NCBI GenBank assembly: GCA_951406725.2
Contig: OX597824.1
Span: 34,162,001 to 34,226,000, forward strand
Source: Octopus vulgaris
Taxonomy: Eukaryota
Length of the DNA stretch: 64,000 nt
Direction: 5' to 3'
Numbering within the stretch: the first letter of the stretch is position 1; each line of letters begins with the position of its first letter. Position numbers and translations under genes: made by a program. The notes under the pieces were generated by a model. The model did not search any database, was not told where the DNA came from, and was given only the letters and a program-made list of their open reading frames with translations. Below, piece after piece: positions 27,700 to 39,863 of the stretch.

Positions 27700-28812
27700 T
27701 TATACAGCAGCCAGAACAAAATGGCCTAAGGCAATGAATATAGCTGTCATGGAATGTTATTTTTTGAGCAGATCCATTGATGATGAAGGGAAGTCTTTAA
27801 AAGGATATAGAAAAAGTATGCATGGCATTTGGATGGAGATGCAGGGCTTAGATATAATGGAACAGAGACTGTGTGACCAGGTAATGATAATAAGGAAGAA
27901 AGGATGATTAACAGCATTAGAACTTGATGAGATTAATAAGAGGGCGATGAAGGAAAACAATGAGTGAAGCTGAAGTGGCTACTGAGAATGTTGACAAGGT
28001 TGTATTGAATGAAGGTATCCTGGAGAATGATACTGGTTTAAGTGTTGAGAATATAGAAGGACTGAGCAATGAGGATAGAAGAATGATTAAAGACATCACT
28101 GATGTCATTGAGGGAAATCTGGAGGTGGAAGTAAAATCTAGACATGGACTCAAGAAAGTGGATAGAATTTTGCTCAGAGGGTGGACTTGGAAAGTAAAAT
28201 TCAGACATAGTATAATTGAAATGAATAGACTGATTAAATCTTGTATCATCTACATAGGAAGGGAAGTAGGCCTCGAACCAAACAGTAAAAGAGGAAATGC
28301 AGCAAAAGAGCCTTGGTGGAAAAGAAGGATAAAGCAATTGATGAACAAACTAAGAAAATGTATCAATATACTGGAAAGAAAGAGAGAGAGAGAGAAAGAA
28401 AGAAAGAAGGAGAAATATCAGGAATTAGAACATAGTTAAAGGATGAAGAAAAAGAGGCTAAATGTAGTCCTTGAAGAACTGAAACAAAGACTACAGACTA
28501 AAGCTACAAAGATCAAGAGATATGAGCAAAGAATTGAACAATAATAGATCAATAGACTGTTCCAACAGAATAAGAAAAGTGTTTATCAGCATCTGAGCAG
28601 AAAGATTAGCAGTGGTGAGAAAACAGACATTGAAGAAAGTTGGAGGTTTTGGAGTGACATCTGAGTCAATAGAAGAAATCATATGAAAGAAGCTGAATGA
28701 TTGAAGGAATTAAGATCAGAGAAAAATGAAGTGAAACAGAACAAAGAATGATAACTGAAATGGTGATTTAGCAGATAACAAAGATTCCAAACTGGAAACG
28801 TCCAGGCCCATA
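27700..28812 (+). mobile_element. R4/Dong-clade non-LTR retrotransposon, degenerate N-terminal part
   Basis: Reads KWPKAMNIAVMECYFLS...GYRKSMHGIW...EQRLCDQ (Myb-like), KEPWWKRRI, LEELKQRLQ.KATKIKRYEQRI and KIPNWKRPGP (start of RT). Contains stops and is cut off by a SINE at about 28815. Confidence 0.75.
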
Positions 28813-28954
28813 AGACTTTGCCTTTCATCCTTTCGGGGTCGATAAATTAAGTACCAGTTATGCACTGGGGTCAATGTAATCGACTTTATCCGTTTGTCCT
28901 TGTTTGTCCCCTCTATGTTTAGCCCCTTGTGGGCAATAAAGAAATAAGTACTGC

Positions 28955-29380
28955 CAGGCCAGAGATTTTTGGAAGTTATCCATTGGTCCTGGGCCAAAAG
29001 TTCTCTGGAAGAGTGTGGCTAGCAGATCTTCTTCAATGCCCAAGGTCTCCCCAAGAACGTTGTTGCACTTTCCCTCCGCTAATCCTCTATAGAAAGCGAA
29101 AGTGGACTTTCCACCTTTCACAGTTTCTGACTTGTTGAGCAACACTTGAAGACATTCCAATTTCCTAATACCTCGTTTTGGTCTGATTGACCCAGAACTG
29201 CAGATCCATTAACGCAACCAGCTGGGGAAATATGTGTCTAGCGAACAGCAACCACACCTGTTCACCATCAAGGAAGTACTGGAAATGTTATAGCCTTACT
29301 GCATGTCTGTGCATCATCAACCACAGCATGCCCAGACAAGCATAGAGCAGGTGTTGACTGCCTGACCATCGGAACACATC
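28955..29380 (-). mobile_element. Probable L1/Tx1-type ORF2 fragment (post-RT region)
   Basis: Degenerate LGM.WLMM.RHAVRL..FQYFLDGEQVW...STFAFYRGLAEG resembles the thumb/C-terminal region of Tx1-like ORF2. Identification is by resemblance only. Confidence 0.4.
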
Positions 29381-30802
29381 CAATTGTTTTTCACCACAGC
29401 CTTTAAAATGATGGGAGCATCTTTTTATGTAAAAAAATGGTTTGGAAAATTTATGATTTATTTTTACTCTGCTCCCCACTTAAATGATATGCCAATGGAC
29501 TATATGCATGCTCCATTGGTGGGATGTAAGCATCAACAAAAAAATGGTAATTTAAATTTTACCCCCACCTTAATTAAGCGAAGCTGTGTGTGTGTGTGTA
29601 AGAAAAAAGCATTTTCTAACAGAAAAGTATGCTATTTAAAATTAATTATCTTTTATTTACCTATTTTTTAAAAATCACTGTGGATAAATGCCAGAAATGT
29701 ACTCAGGCTCTCTAATATTTTTAATTATAAAAAAAAAAAAACAATCAGGGGATTGAAAAAAATTCATAAATTTTCAAAATTTTTTTATAGCATAAATGTG
29801 TTTATGGAGAGAAAAATATTGACAAACATCAATACTTGCGAGAGTGAGAAAGAAACGAGGAGGGTTGTCTTGGAATGTACTAGAAACAACAGCCAAATCT
29901 GCTTCAAATCACTTTTTCCTCTGAAAATATTTTCAATTTTTCTTTTTTTTTTTTTTTTTACCAAAATGGCTCCTCCCATAGTTTTTCAGCGCAAAAAATT
30001 GGCCATCGGCCCGGAGGTGGGATGGGGTGGGGCGAGTAACAAAGAATGAACTTATGTGGTCTTCCTGATCCGAGACTCCGTTTTTTTCGAATTTTTCTCC
30101 CAACCCTGGAAAAAAATTTTCCTCGCAAATTTCTTTATAATCGTAATCTATGACGTTTGAAAGGTGTTTGTATAAACTTGGATTAAAAGATACCCATTTT
30201 CCTGAAAGTTAGGAGGGAAAAAACCAGATCGTGTAAATTTTCCCAAAATCCTCTCCCTACCCCTTCGGAAAACATTTGCCCCACAAATTTCTTTACAATC
30301 GTAATCTTTGCCGTTTGAAAAATATTTCCATAAAATTTCACTAATGTATATTCATTTTCCTGAAAGTTATGAGGGAAAAATCGGATCGTTTGAATTTTCC
30401 GAAAGTCCTCTCTCCACCCCCACCCCTATTCGTTTGCACATATTTTTGTTTTTATATTCGTTCTCTAACATTTTTTTATAGCTGTTAAACTGGTTTATTT
30501 TTGTTTTGGTAATCGAGATAAAATAAACATTAACCAACAATTCTGCTACCTCGCCATCTTCCCTGGCATCAGTTGTTAAATTTCAGAGCACTGCATCCTT
30601 CAAAACTTCCATGCTTCCTGAGATTCGCCAACACTACACCTGGTTTTCTCCCCTCCATACACAAGCAAGCATGTATCTGACTCATACACTGTTCGCTTTC
30701 CAGACATTTGTACATTACTGCATATATTTTATGCGCACTTTTGACAAGTTGTGGTGCACCTGAGCACTGTATGCAATAATTTCATTATTATTATTATTAT
30801 TA

Positions 30803-31692
30803 TGTTTTTTCCTTCTTTCTTCAAATTTTCTTCCGTGTCTCGCCGAGTGTTTTCCATACACCTAGGGCAGAGAAGGGCATTGTATGCATTCCCAGATTAC
30901 ACGCGCAAATTTACCGATAAAATATGTATTTAAAAATTGATAAATAAATAAATTCATGGATGGATGTTATTTTCACAGCGATAGTGCTCTTCTCAGTACA
31001 TGAGCCGTTCCAGTTAATACGATTCTTTGCACTTCCTGTAGGGATGGTAAGCCTGGAATCATTTTCAAATAGGTTTCAGTACCTTTTTTTATCATTCCTA
31101 GAGATCCTACAATCACTGGTACCGTAGTCTCTTTGAGATGCCACATTTTTTTCAATTTCTATTAGCAGGTCTTTATATTTACTAATCTTGTCAAATTCTT
31201 TCGCCGCTATATTGTGGTCACAGGGAATACTCATGTCAATTAATAAACACATCCTTTTGCTTCAAGGTATTTGGCCAGTCTGATTGTGGTGGTTTTGTAT
31301 TAAGTTCAAGCTGGATCAAACCTCGACCTCCCTGTGCTCTGGGAAGGTAAAGGCGATCCACGTCTGCCTTTGGATGGTGCATCTTATTACAAGTCAGTAG
31401 CTTGCGGATTTTTCGGTCAATTTTCATTATTTCACTGATATTCCAGTTAAGCACATTGAAGCTATAAAGAACAACTGGTACTGCTAAGGAATTTATGGCT
31501 AAAACCTTATTATATGCATTCAGCTCAGACTTCAGGACTGCTCGAACTCTTCTATAACATTCTTTCCTAACCTTCTCTTTCATGCTTGCATGCTGGATAC
31601 CAGAGCCTTCATTTATTTCTAGGTATTTATAGGTTTGTTCCTGCTCAAGTTCCTTTATTACTATTTCGACATCTAATTCGATTGAACTAAAC
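30803..31692 (-). mobile_element. 5'-truncated, internally deleted R4/Dong-clade element flanked by (TAA)n
   Basis: YKYLE (RT7), YRRVRAVLKSELNAYNKVLAINSLAVPVVLYSF...HHPKADVDRLYLPRAQGGRGL, then the RLE endonuclease tail DMSIPCD..KYKDL..EKMW...VPVIVGSLG. (TTA)n lies on both sides (30785-30802 and 31693-31718). Confidence 0.88.
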
Positions 31693-32325
31693 TTATTATT
31701 ATTTTATTATTATTATTAAAGTATTAAAAAGAGATGGCCAAAATCATTGATAGTGAATAATTTTGTGGACCCGTAACAAGTCAGGTAGACGTTGACATAT
31801 TTGTTTTCCAATACTGAGAAAAGCAAGACATTCGAGATATGCTGACTGACATTTGGGAATTTGCTTGGTTGCACGTTACAAAACAGCTGCCAGTTGGGAA
31901 TCGATATTCTGGACAAGATTAGGATTCCAGACAGCAAGAGTTCAATAATCTTATACATAGCTTTAAACAGAAAGCTAGCGAGTGGCTGACAAAGGTCTTA
32001 CTTGCCAATTGTTAATCCACTAATCCGATACGTGTCTGGTCCTAAGCTCTGCCGGGTTAGTCAGGTGCAACTCCGTCTTTAACAACTAGAAATGTAGGAA
32101 CATAAACTCTCAAACATTGCTTATCGGAGTTATTTCCCTTAGACCACTATTTGAGCAAAATGGATAATCAACTTCATCGCAAAAATTGATCTTCTTTAAA
32201 AATAAAGAAACTACAGATTTGAAAAATAGAATTATTATTTTTTTCCAAAATGCGAGGTTTTCCACCTGAGCATAGATAAATTAAGAGTTGAAAGGTTATT
32301 GAAATCCCATAACATCAAATACTTA

Positions 32326-33295
32326 TTTCTTTACTACCCACTAGGAGCTAAACACAGAGAGGACAAACAAGGACATACAAACGGATTAAGTCGATTATAT
32401 CGACCCCAGTGCGTAACAGGTACTTATTTAATCGACCCAGAAAGGATGAAAGGCAAAGTCGACCTCGGCGAAATTTGAACTCAGAACATAGCGGCAGACG
32501 AAATACCTATTTCTTTATTACCCACAAGGGGCTAAACACAGAGGGGACAAACAAGGACAGACAAACGGATTAAGTCGATTATATCAAACCCTAGTGTGTA
32601 AGTGGTACTTATTTAATCGACCCAGAAAGGATGAAAGGCAAAGTCGACATCGGCGGAATTTGAACTCAGAACATAGCGGCAGACGAAATACCTATTTCTT
32701 TATTACCCACAAGGGGCTAAACACAGAGGGGACAAACAAGGACAGACAAACGGATTAAGTCGATTATATCAAACCCTAGTGTGTAACTGGTACTTATTTA
32801 ATCGACCCAGAAAGGATGAAAGGCAAAGTCGACCTCGGCGGAATTTGAACTCAGAACATAGCGGCAGACGAAATACCTATTTCTTTATTATCCACAAGGG
32901 GCTAAACACAGAGGGGACAAACAAGGACAGACAAACGGATTAAGTCGATTATATCAAACTCTAGTGTGTAACTGGTACTTATTTAATCGACCCAGAAAGG
33001 ATGAAAGGCAAAGTCGACCTCGGCGGAATTTGAACTCAGAACATAGCGGCAGACGAAATACCTATTTCTTTATTACCCACAAGGGGCTAAACAGAGGGGA
33101 CAAACAAGGACAGACAAACGGATTAAGTCGATTATATCAAACTCTAGTGTGTAACTGGTACTTATTTAATCGACCCAGAAAGGATGAAAGGCAAAGTCGA
33201 CCTCGGCGGAATTTGAACTCAGAACGTAGCGGCAGACGAAAGACCGCAAAGCATATCGCCCGGCGTGCTAACGTCTCTGCCAGCTCGCCGCCTTC
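32326..33295 (-). mobile_element. tRNA-derived SINE with 5 tandem internal units of about 185 bp
   Basis: Units start at about 32324, 32508, 32693, 32878 and 33063. There is a single head at about 33240-33292. TSD taacatcaaatactta at 32310-32325 and 33296-33311. Confidence 0.9.
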
Positions 33296-33567
33296 TAACA
33301 TCAAATACTTACTACTCCTACAGTCGTGGTGTGTTAGCTTTCTAGAACACATTCTACAATGTACTTACGTCTAGACACTATTTATTTGATATGTAAATTA
33401 ACCAGACACAAAGCTAGGGTCTTAAAGAAGTCAATCATTAGTTGAAGACCGTCACACTTTGTTATCTGCTTTACCTCCAATTCGCTCCTATCCTACACTC
33501 TGACAAAATGTCTCCCAAACTACATCATTCCGTGTCTCTCCAATCTCGCTGTCATACGGTCCCAAAA

Positions 33568-33628
<61 letters not shown>

Positions 33629-33631
<3 letters not shown>

Positions 33632-35505
33632 CGGTCGTGTTAATTCTTTGCTCCGCAGTGAAAGATTGTTTTTGTGCTGAAAATTATGAAAATTTGCTGT
33701 TTTGGTCGTCGAGACCACTTCTTTTCTGCTGTTGCAGCAGAGATTTGCTGTTCTTTCCTCCTTGTTTCAAGGGGGAAGCGGCAAAAAACATGAATTGAAA
33801 TTTTGAAAATTTGTTTGAAGGCATGAAGGCGAATATGTGGGAGGAGGAGGGTGAAAGTAAAGAGGCGAATATGTGGGAAGAGAAAGGTAAAGGTATAGAG
33901 GCGAACATGTGGGAGGAGGAAGGTAAAAGTAAAGAGGCGTCTCACGCGAGCGTTACAAAAGCAGACGACAAGATGTCTAGCGAGGCTGCTACACAACAGG
34001 AAAAGTCTAAATTAAATTTTGCGAGTGCAGCAACTCGCCCCTGTGATAATATAGTTATTAACGAAGAAGAATTAAAGAAATTCCAAGGTTTACTAAAAAA
34101 AGAAGGTGATAATGTGAAGTTGCTCCCTCCCAGTGAATTAATTTACGCGACGGAGAGAAAGACGGTAATATATAAAACATATAATGTCAAAAATAAAAAA
34201 ATCGACTTTGTACCGAGGGAAGCCATAGAAAAATGCTTGAGGCCGATATGGCAACAAACAAGCTACATAACAAGGGGTAGTCGCTTCAGCACTGTAGAGG
34301 TGCGTTTCCCTAGCGAAGAAAAAGCTAGGGAACATTCAACAAGGACATTGAAGTCGGAAGAAGTAGTTCTCCGGCCGACTTACTTAGGAAAGAGAACTTC
34401 AAAAATCACAGCCACAGATATACCACCCAAAATAGATGTGGCCTTTGTGATAGCCGCTATTCTCATAGGCAAAGAAGAAGAAATTTCAATTCTTCAATCC
34501 AAGAGATACCACCACATGAACTGGTTTGGACAAGATTTAGAGCTTGTCATCCAAGCAAACCCCTCAGACTTAGAAAAATTGCCCAGTTCCCTTACAATTG
34601 GGGAAAATACCAGCATGATGGTGGTAGTCGAGGGGAGAAAGCCCAGATGTTACAAATGTGGCGAGAAAGGCCACATAGGGTCGAGCTGTAAGAAGAAGAC
34701 AGCCAAAGAAAACGCAGCAGAAGAGGCAAGCACGATGCCGAAGACAACAACGACACCACTAGAAATAGCATCCACGTCATGCACCCACCCCAATTGCCAA
34801 AGTACAGCCGACAGTGGGAGAAAACAACAACAACATCCAGGAATGGGTTAACGTGGAAGCTTCAAAAAGAAGACGGAAACGGAAAAACCCACCCTCTTCG
34901 GATACATAGGACTATGCTCCGAGAGAGACAAGCACACCCACAAATACAGTCGCAAACACACACGTAGCCAAAAAAACACACACACTGGAAAAAGCACACA
35001 CAAACACACACACACCTACCACAAGCACACACACACCTACAAACACCCACGCTTCTACAAGCACGCACACACCCACAAGCACACGCACACCCCTCCACAA
35101 TCGCCTAATATAAAAAAGAGAAACACCTTCATGGCGATAAACAAAAATAATAAACTATTAAGAGACAAAATTGTTTTAATGAAATCAGCGAAAAAATATA
35201 TCACAACAGATGTAAATAATACTATTCTTGAAAATGTCAAATTTTATACTATAGATAACTCTGACTATTTTGAACTAAAAAAACGTCGGCCCGTTACAGA
35301 TGAACTTTTCGAGCCATCTGTACAGGCAATTCATGAAAAAAATGACCTTCGCAAACCACAACACTCACAGACAGAAAAGAGGAGAGTGAAACTACACCCT
35401 CTCTCCCGTTAAAACAGTAAGTTTTAAACATTTGACTAATTTTTCACATTCTCGTTTAAACTCGGTTGTTTAAATATTCGTGGCCTGACAAACTTAGCTG
35501 ATTGA
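33629..35505 (+). mobile_element. 3'-truncated Tx1/L1-type LINE beginning right after a (TC)n tract
   Basis: 5' UTR, ORF1, then the APE endonuclease first motif FKLGCLNIRGL (35455-35487) followed by a stop. (TC)n at 33568-33628 abuts the 5' end. Confidence 0.72.
33823..34851 (+). CDS. ORF1 (gag-like, RRM-like segment plus CCHC zinc knuckle) of a Tx1/L1-type non-LTR retrotransposon
   Basis: About 342 codons open from the ATG at 33823. CX2CX4HX4C (CYKCGEKGHIGSSC) at 34648-34689. RRM-like FSTVEVRFPSEEKA. The probable frameshifted continuation reads EWVNVEASKRRRKRK. Confidence 0.8.
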   Translation: MKANMWEEEGESKEANMWEEKGKGIEANMWEEEGKSKEASHASVTKADDKMSSEAATQQEKSKLNFASAATRPCDNIVINEEELKKFQGLLKKEGDNVKLLPPSELIYATERKTVIYKTYNVKNKKIDFVPREAIEKCLRPIWQQTSYITRGSRFSTVEVRFPSEEKAREHSTRTLKSEEVVLRPTYLGKRTSKITATDIPPKIDVAFVIAAILIGKEEEISILQSKRYHHMNWFGQDLELVIQANPSDLEKLPSSLTIGENTSMMVVVEGRKPRCYKCGEKGHIGSSCKKKTAKENAAEEASTMPKTTTTPLEIASTSCTHPNCQSTADSGRKQQQHPGMG

Positions 35506-35659
35506 TTAACTGAACACTCAATTAGTTAACTGATTAAATGGTTAATTAATTAACAAATAATGATAAAAGAAGTGAAACAGAATCAGTGCTTGTGTTCATT
35601 ATTTACCTAATGACCCTCCCAAGATACAACAAAACCCATATATATTAACAACAGAGGTA

Positions 35660-35890
35660 GTGTTAATATTTATCTCCACTTAAAAGTAGATATTCTATTA
35701 GTACCAACTGTATTGTTGTAGATACCATGAGAGAAATTCTCATATTGGCTTTTAGTGCAAAATGCACTCTTGTTTCAAGAGTGCATTTTGCACCAAAAGC
35801 TAATATGAGAGTTTCTCGCGTGGTAACTTACCATAGTAAAGTTTGTTCTAACAGAAAATCCACATTTAAGCGGATATAAACAACAAAACC
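35660..35890. repeat. Long hairpin/foldback (MITE-like)
   Basis: accatgagagaaattctcatattggcttttagtgcaaaatgcactcttg-ttt-caagagtgcattttgcaccaaaagctaatatgagagtttctcgcgtggt, with looser pairing extending about 60 bp further on each side. Confidence 0.85.
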
Positions 35891-38140
35891 TATTTCAATG
35901 CATGAATTCACATTAAAAAAACCTTGCAAACCAAATACAAAAATGAAATACAACATAAATTTTCTAAAAATATATTAATATTCTTGATAACTATATTAAT
36001 TGTTATTCAATAATGAATGAATTAAGTGTTGTTATCTAACAAAGATGATCATCAAAAGTGAGAGAGTGGTGGAAGGGGATACAGAAATAGTGACATTTAA
36101 TTTACAGTATAACAAAGTTACTGTTTAATGTCTTATGATTTTGATCTCAAATACAATTAGAAGGTCAACTTAATCTTCTACACCTTCAAAGTCAATAAAA
36201 TATCTAGTAAATATAATTACTTGTGTGTTTCCATATTTCTCTTTGTCCATCATTCACTAAAAGAATGCCAAACATTTGTTACTAATCACAGAAAGAAAAA
36301 ACTAGCCAAATACAATGTGACCTTTTGAAAACCTCACTAAGCTTTGGTAAGTACAGTGACAGCTTGTTACATTATATTGTATTGTCACTAATTTGACTAC
36401 CTGTCGCTAGGTAGATTTGACTAAGACATGACTGGGTTAGGTGTTTCTTAGTTTTTAAATGTGGTAGCTTATAAACTATTAACAATGTTGTTAGTTGACC
36501 AATACCCTTCCAACTTGTTTGCCAACAATCTTGCAACAAGATAGTTTAGGAAAGAAAAAGCACTCAGTGGCCAGAATGGAACTTATAATTATCTCTGACA
36601 GGATGGTATCTATGAGTTCCACTTTGATCATATGGCACTGACTTTCTGACCAAAACCAAGATGGTATCAACAAAACAATGCCCTGGTCATTCTGATTACT
36701 CCTGAAGTTAATTCTCAAAAGACTCATGTAAACCTATGTTCAGCCCCTTGTCTGGTGACATCTGTCACCTGCTCTCTGGGACTGTAAAGATGGCAGAAAT
36801 GGAACCCCCAAAAAACCTGAACCATGTCAATACATTATTGTGTTTAGGATGACGATGTCAAAGTAAAACTACATTCACTCATTGTTATACATGTTTTGAC
36901 AGACCTGTTTTATGAAATACCTGTAACATCTGATCTCAAATATGCTCTTATTGAGTTAGATCAATCTCAGCTTGGTTTTAAAGATAATTTTGACAGTTTT
37001 CCAAAGGATGACGCTGATCATCATTTCAGTGTAACATGTTTAAAATGGTTACAAAATGGCCCAGCAGTGGTTTTGTTTACTCATGAAGAGTAACATTATG
37101 TTTTGTTTCTTGACATTTTGCAATTCTGGCAGATGTTTGCAGTAACTAAAAAACTGGTTGTAAGACTTTGTTTACACAAAACTTAAAAAACTTGGAAAAA
37201 GTGGGTAAAGATCTTCTCCTTACCAAATTTCATGTTTAATGTCAGTGTAGTGAACGACCGTACGTAAAGGAGTTGGTGACAGAAATGTCTCCTTTTAAAT
37301 GCCACACGGTTGCCTTTACAAAAGAAGATAGCCAAATACATGGTATGAAAGAACAAGAGTGCCAGTAAAGAATAAGAGAGAAAAACACAACTGAGCCTAA
37401 GCAGCCGAAGGATGGTTGCTATCAAAGACGACATCATTTCTATGATCTCTCTCAAATAGTGAGGATATCACCGAGCTACGCTACACCAGCACTATCATGG
37501 CTGGCTTTGTAAATGCAGGAAGGAAAAAGATAAAGAAAAGAAACAATGATTTTAAAAAATTCATGTTATAGAGTTGGGTCCCTATTTGGAAAAACAGGAT
37601 TGCTATTTGCTAATCATCTTGAGTACAAATGAATACATTTATTTTGGTCTGATTTTTGCCTGATTTATTAACCCTTTAGTATTCAGATTATTCAGTTATA
37701 TGTAATACTTTTTCATTCAGAGCAGCTGTCTGGCTTCCGTGCTGGTGGCACGTAAAAAGCACCATTTGAGTGTGATCATCACCAGCGTCATCTTACTGGC
37801 ACTTGTGCCGGTGGCACGTGAACAAAACATTCGAGCGAGGTCACTGCCAGTGCCGTTGGACTGGCTCCTGTGCAGGTGGCACGTAAAAAACACCATTTGA
37901 GCGTGGCTGTTGCCAGTACCGCCAGACTGGCCATCATGTCAGTCACATGTGAAAGCACCCACTACACTCTCGGAAAGGATGCCCATGGTTTTTATGGGAT
38001 TTTTCCATAAGTAGCCCTCAAACATGTCCTCCCTATTGAGGAATACACCCCCACCCCCACCCCCCACACACATTCTTTGTTTTGTCTTGTATTGTCCTTA
38101 ATGTTTTTCTTAATGTAAACTCTTTGTGGTTAATAAAGAA

Positions 38141-38198
38141 ATTATTATTATCATTATTGTCATTATTATTATTATTATCATTATTATTATCATTATGA

Positions 38199-38247
<49 letters not shown>
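38141..38247. repeat. (ATT)n/(ATC)n microsatellite, probably a retroposon tail
   Basis: Follows an AATAAA-containing T-rich 3' UTR-like stretch. Confidence 0.85.
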
Positions 38248-38261
38248 GACAAAATGCTTAA

Positions 38262-38482
38262 CCCTTTCATTACTGTATTTATTTTGAGATGCTCAGTGTT
38301 TCTTTCAATTATTTTAAATATAACAAAGAATTTAGTAAAATAACTTAGTTATCATTAAGCTAGTGTTAGGAATATAAGTTGCGACTAAGGTTTGGTGGTA
38401 TATTTTAATGCAAAACTTATGAAAACAAGACATTTGTACTACAGAGCCAGAGCCAGATTTGGCCGGGTTGCTAATGAAAGGG
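38262..38482. mobile_element. Second piggyBac-type MITE family
   Basis: ttaa|ccctttcatta...taatgaaaggg|ttaa: perfect 11-bp TIR with TTAA duplication. Confidence 0.8.
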
Positions 38483-39609
38483 TTAATGGTGTTTTGTTCA
38501 TCTTTACATTCTGAGTTCAAACTCCACTGTTGTCAACTTTCATCCTTTTTAGTGGGAAGGGAGGGAGTCAATAAAACAAAACACTAGAGTTGACATAGTC
38601 AATTTACCCGCTTCCCTCAACACTGCAGGCCTGTGCTAAAATTAGAAAGAATTATTAAGGTGAATAACAGGAGTATTTGGGAAGCAGACAAAATGGTAAG
38701 CAGTATTTAGTTACATAATGAAGAGCTGGGGGTAAATTCACTAGATGAATTATAAACAACCATGTTATGGCAATGTAGCTCACTGCCACATTGCATCATG
38801 CTTATGCTACTCAGTTTTATGCCCATAGATTCAATATAACAAATCCATTATAAATCACATGATCATGTTTTCAACTGGACTATTGGATGTTGTTATACAT
38901 CACTGGTCACAGTGCACTTATTTGCATTGTTTCATCTTTTGAATGATGCCACCCCCACTAGCTAGGCGAGCAAGCCCTGATCAGAAGGCTAGTAGTGGAA
39001 GCACATGGCCTAGTGGTTAGAGCAGTGGACTCGCAGTCAAGGGATTGTGGGTTCGAATCTCAGACTGGGCGACGTGTGTGTTTATGAGCAAAACACCTAA
39101 GCTCCATACAGCTTCGGCAGAAGGTAATGGCGAACTTCTGTTGACTCTTTTGCCACAACTTTCTCTTTCTTTCCTCCTGCATCTTGCAGCTCACCTGCGA
39201 CGGACCAGCGTCCCGTCCAGGTGGGGAACCTATAAGCCAAGGAAACCGGAAAACCGGACCTTATGAGCCAGGCATGGCTCGAGAAGGAACAAACAGAAGC
39301 CTAGTCCATCACAGGATTACTCATTTACAACTGACTGGACTGGAGCAATGTGAAATGAAGTGTTTTGCTCAAGAACTTAAGGGTCTGAATGTTCCAGGAA
39401 TTGAACCCATTACCTAATGATTGTAAGTGCAAAACCCTAACCACTAGGTCACATGCCTTCACCTATTATAAATACTGACCATATATGTCATTTGTTTTAT
39501 TCTTTTATATGTTTCAGCCTGAAGGTTTTGGCTGTGCTGTAGCCCTCATTAACTTTTTTCCACAAACACCCCTGTTATGATCTTCAGGAGGATTCTGAAG
39601 TTGCAGGGC

Positions 39610-39667
<58 letters not shown>

Positions 39668-39815
39668 CCTCCCTCTCTCTCTCTCCCCCTCTCCATCCCC
39701 CCCTCTCTCTTAAGAACTTCATACATTATTTTTAGAATGTTTAACAATAGATTCACACTTTTGGACACTAGCCATGAAACAACTCGCTAATGGGCAACAT
39801 GTAGTGAGATGTATA

Positions 39816-39863
<48 letters not shown>

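Noticed and set aside
30045-30480. Duplicated segments of about 130 bp resembling a Helentron-associated element
   Set aside because: The internal repeats are visible, but termini could not be defined, so it is left unclassified.
36490-37530. Coding-like, non-repetitive stretch with several short ORFs
   Set aside because: Stops in all frames and no motif I can identify. It may be a decayed transposon or pseudogene and needs BLASTX.
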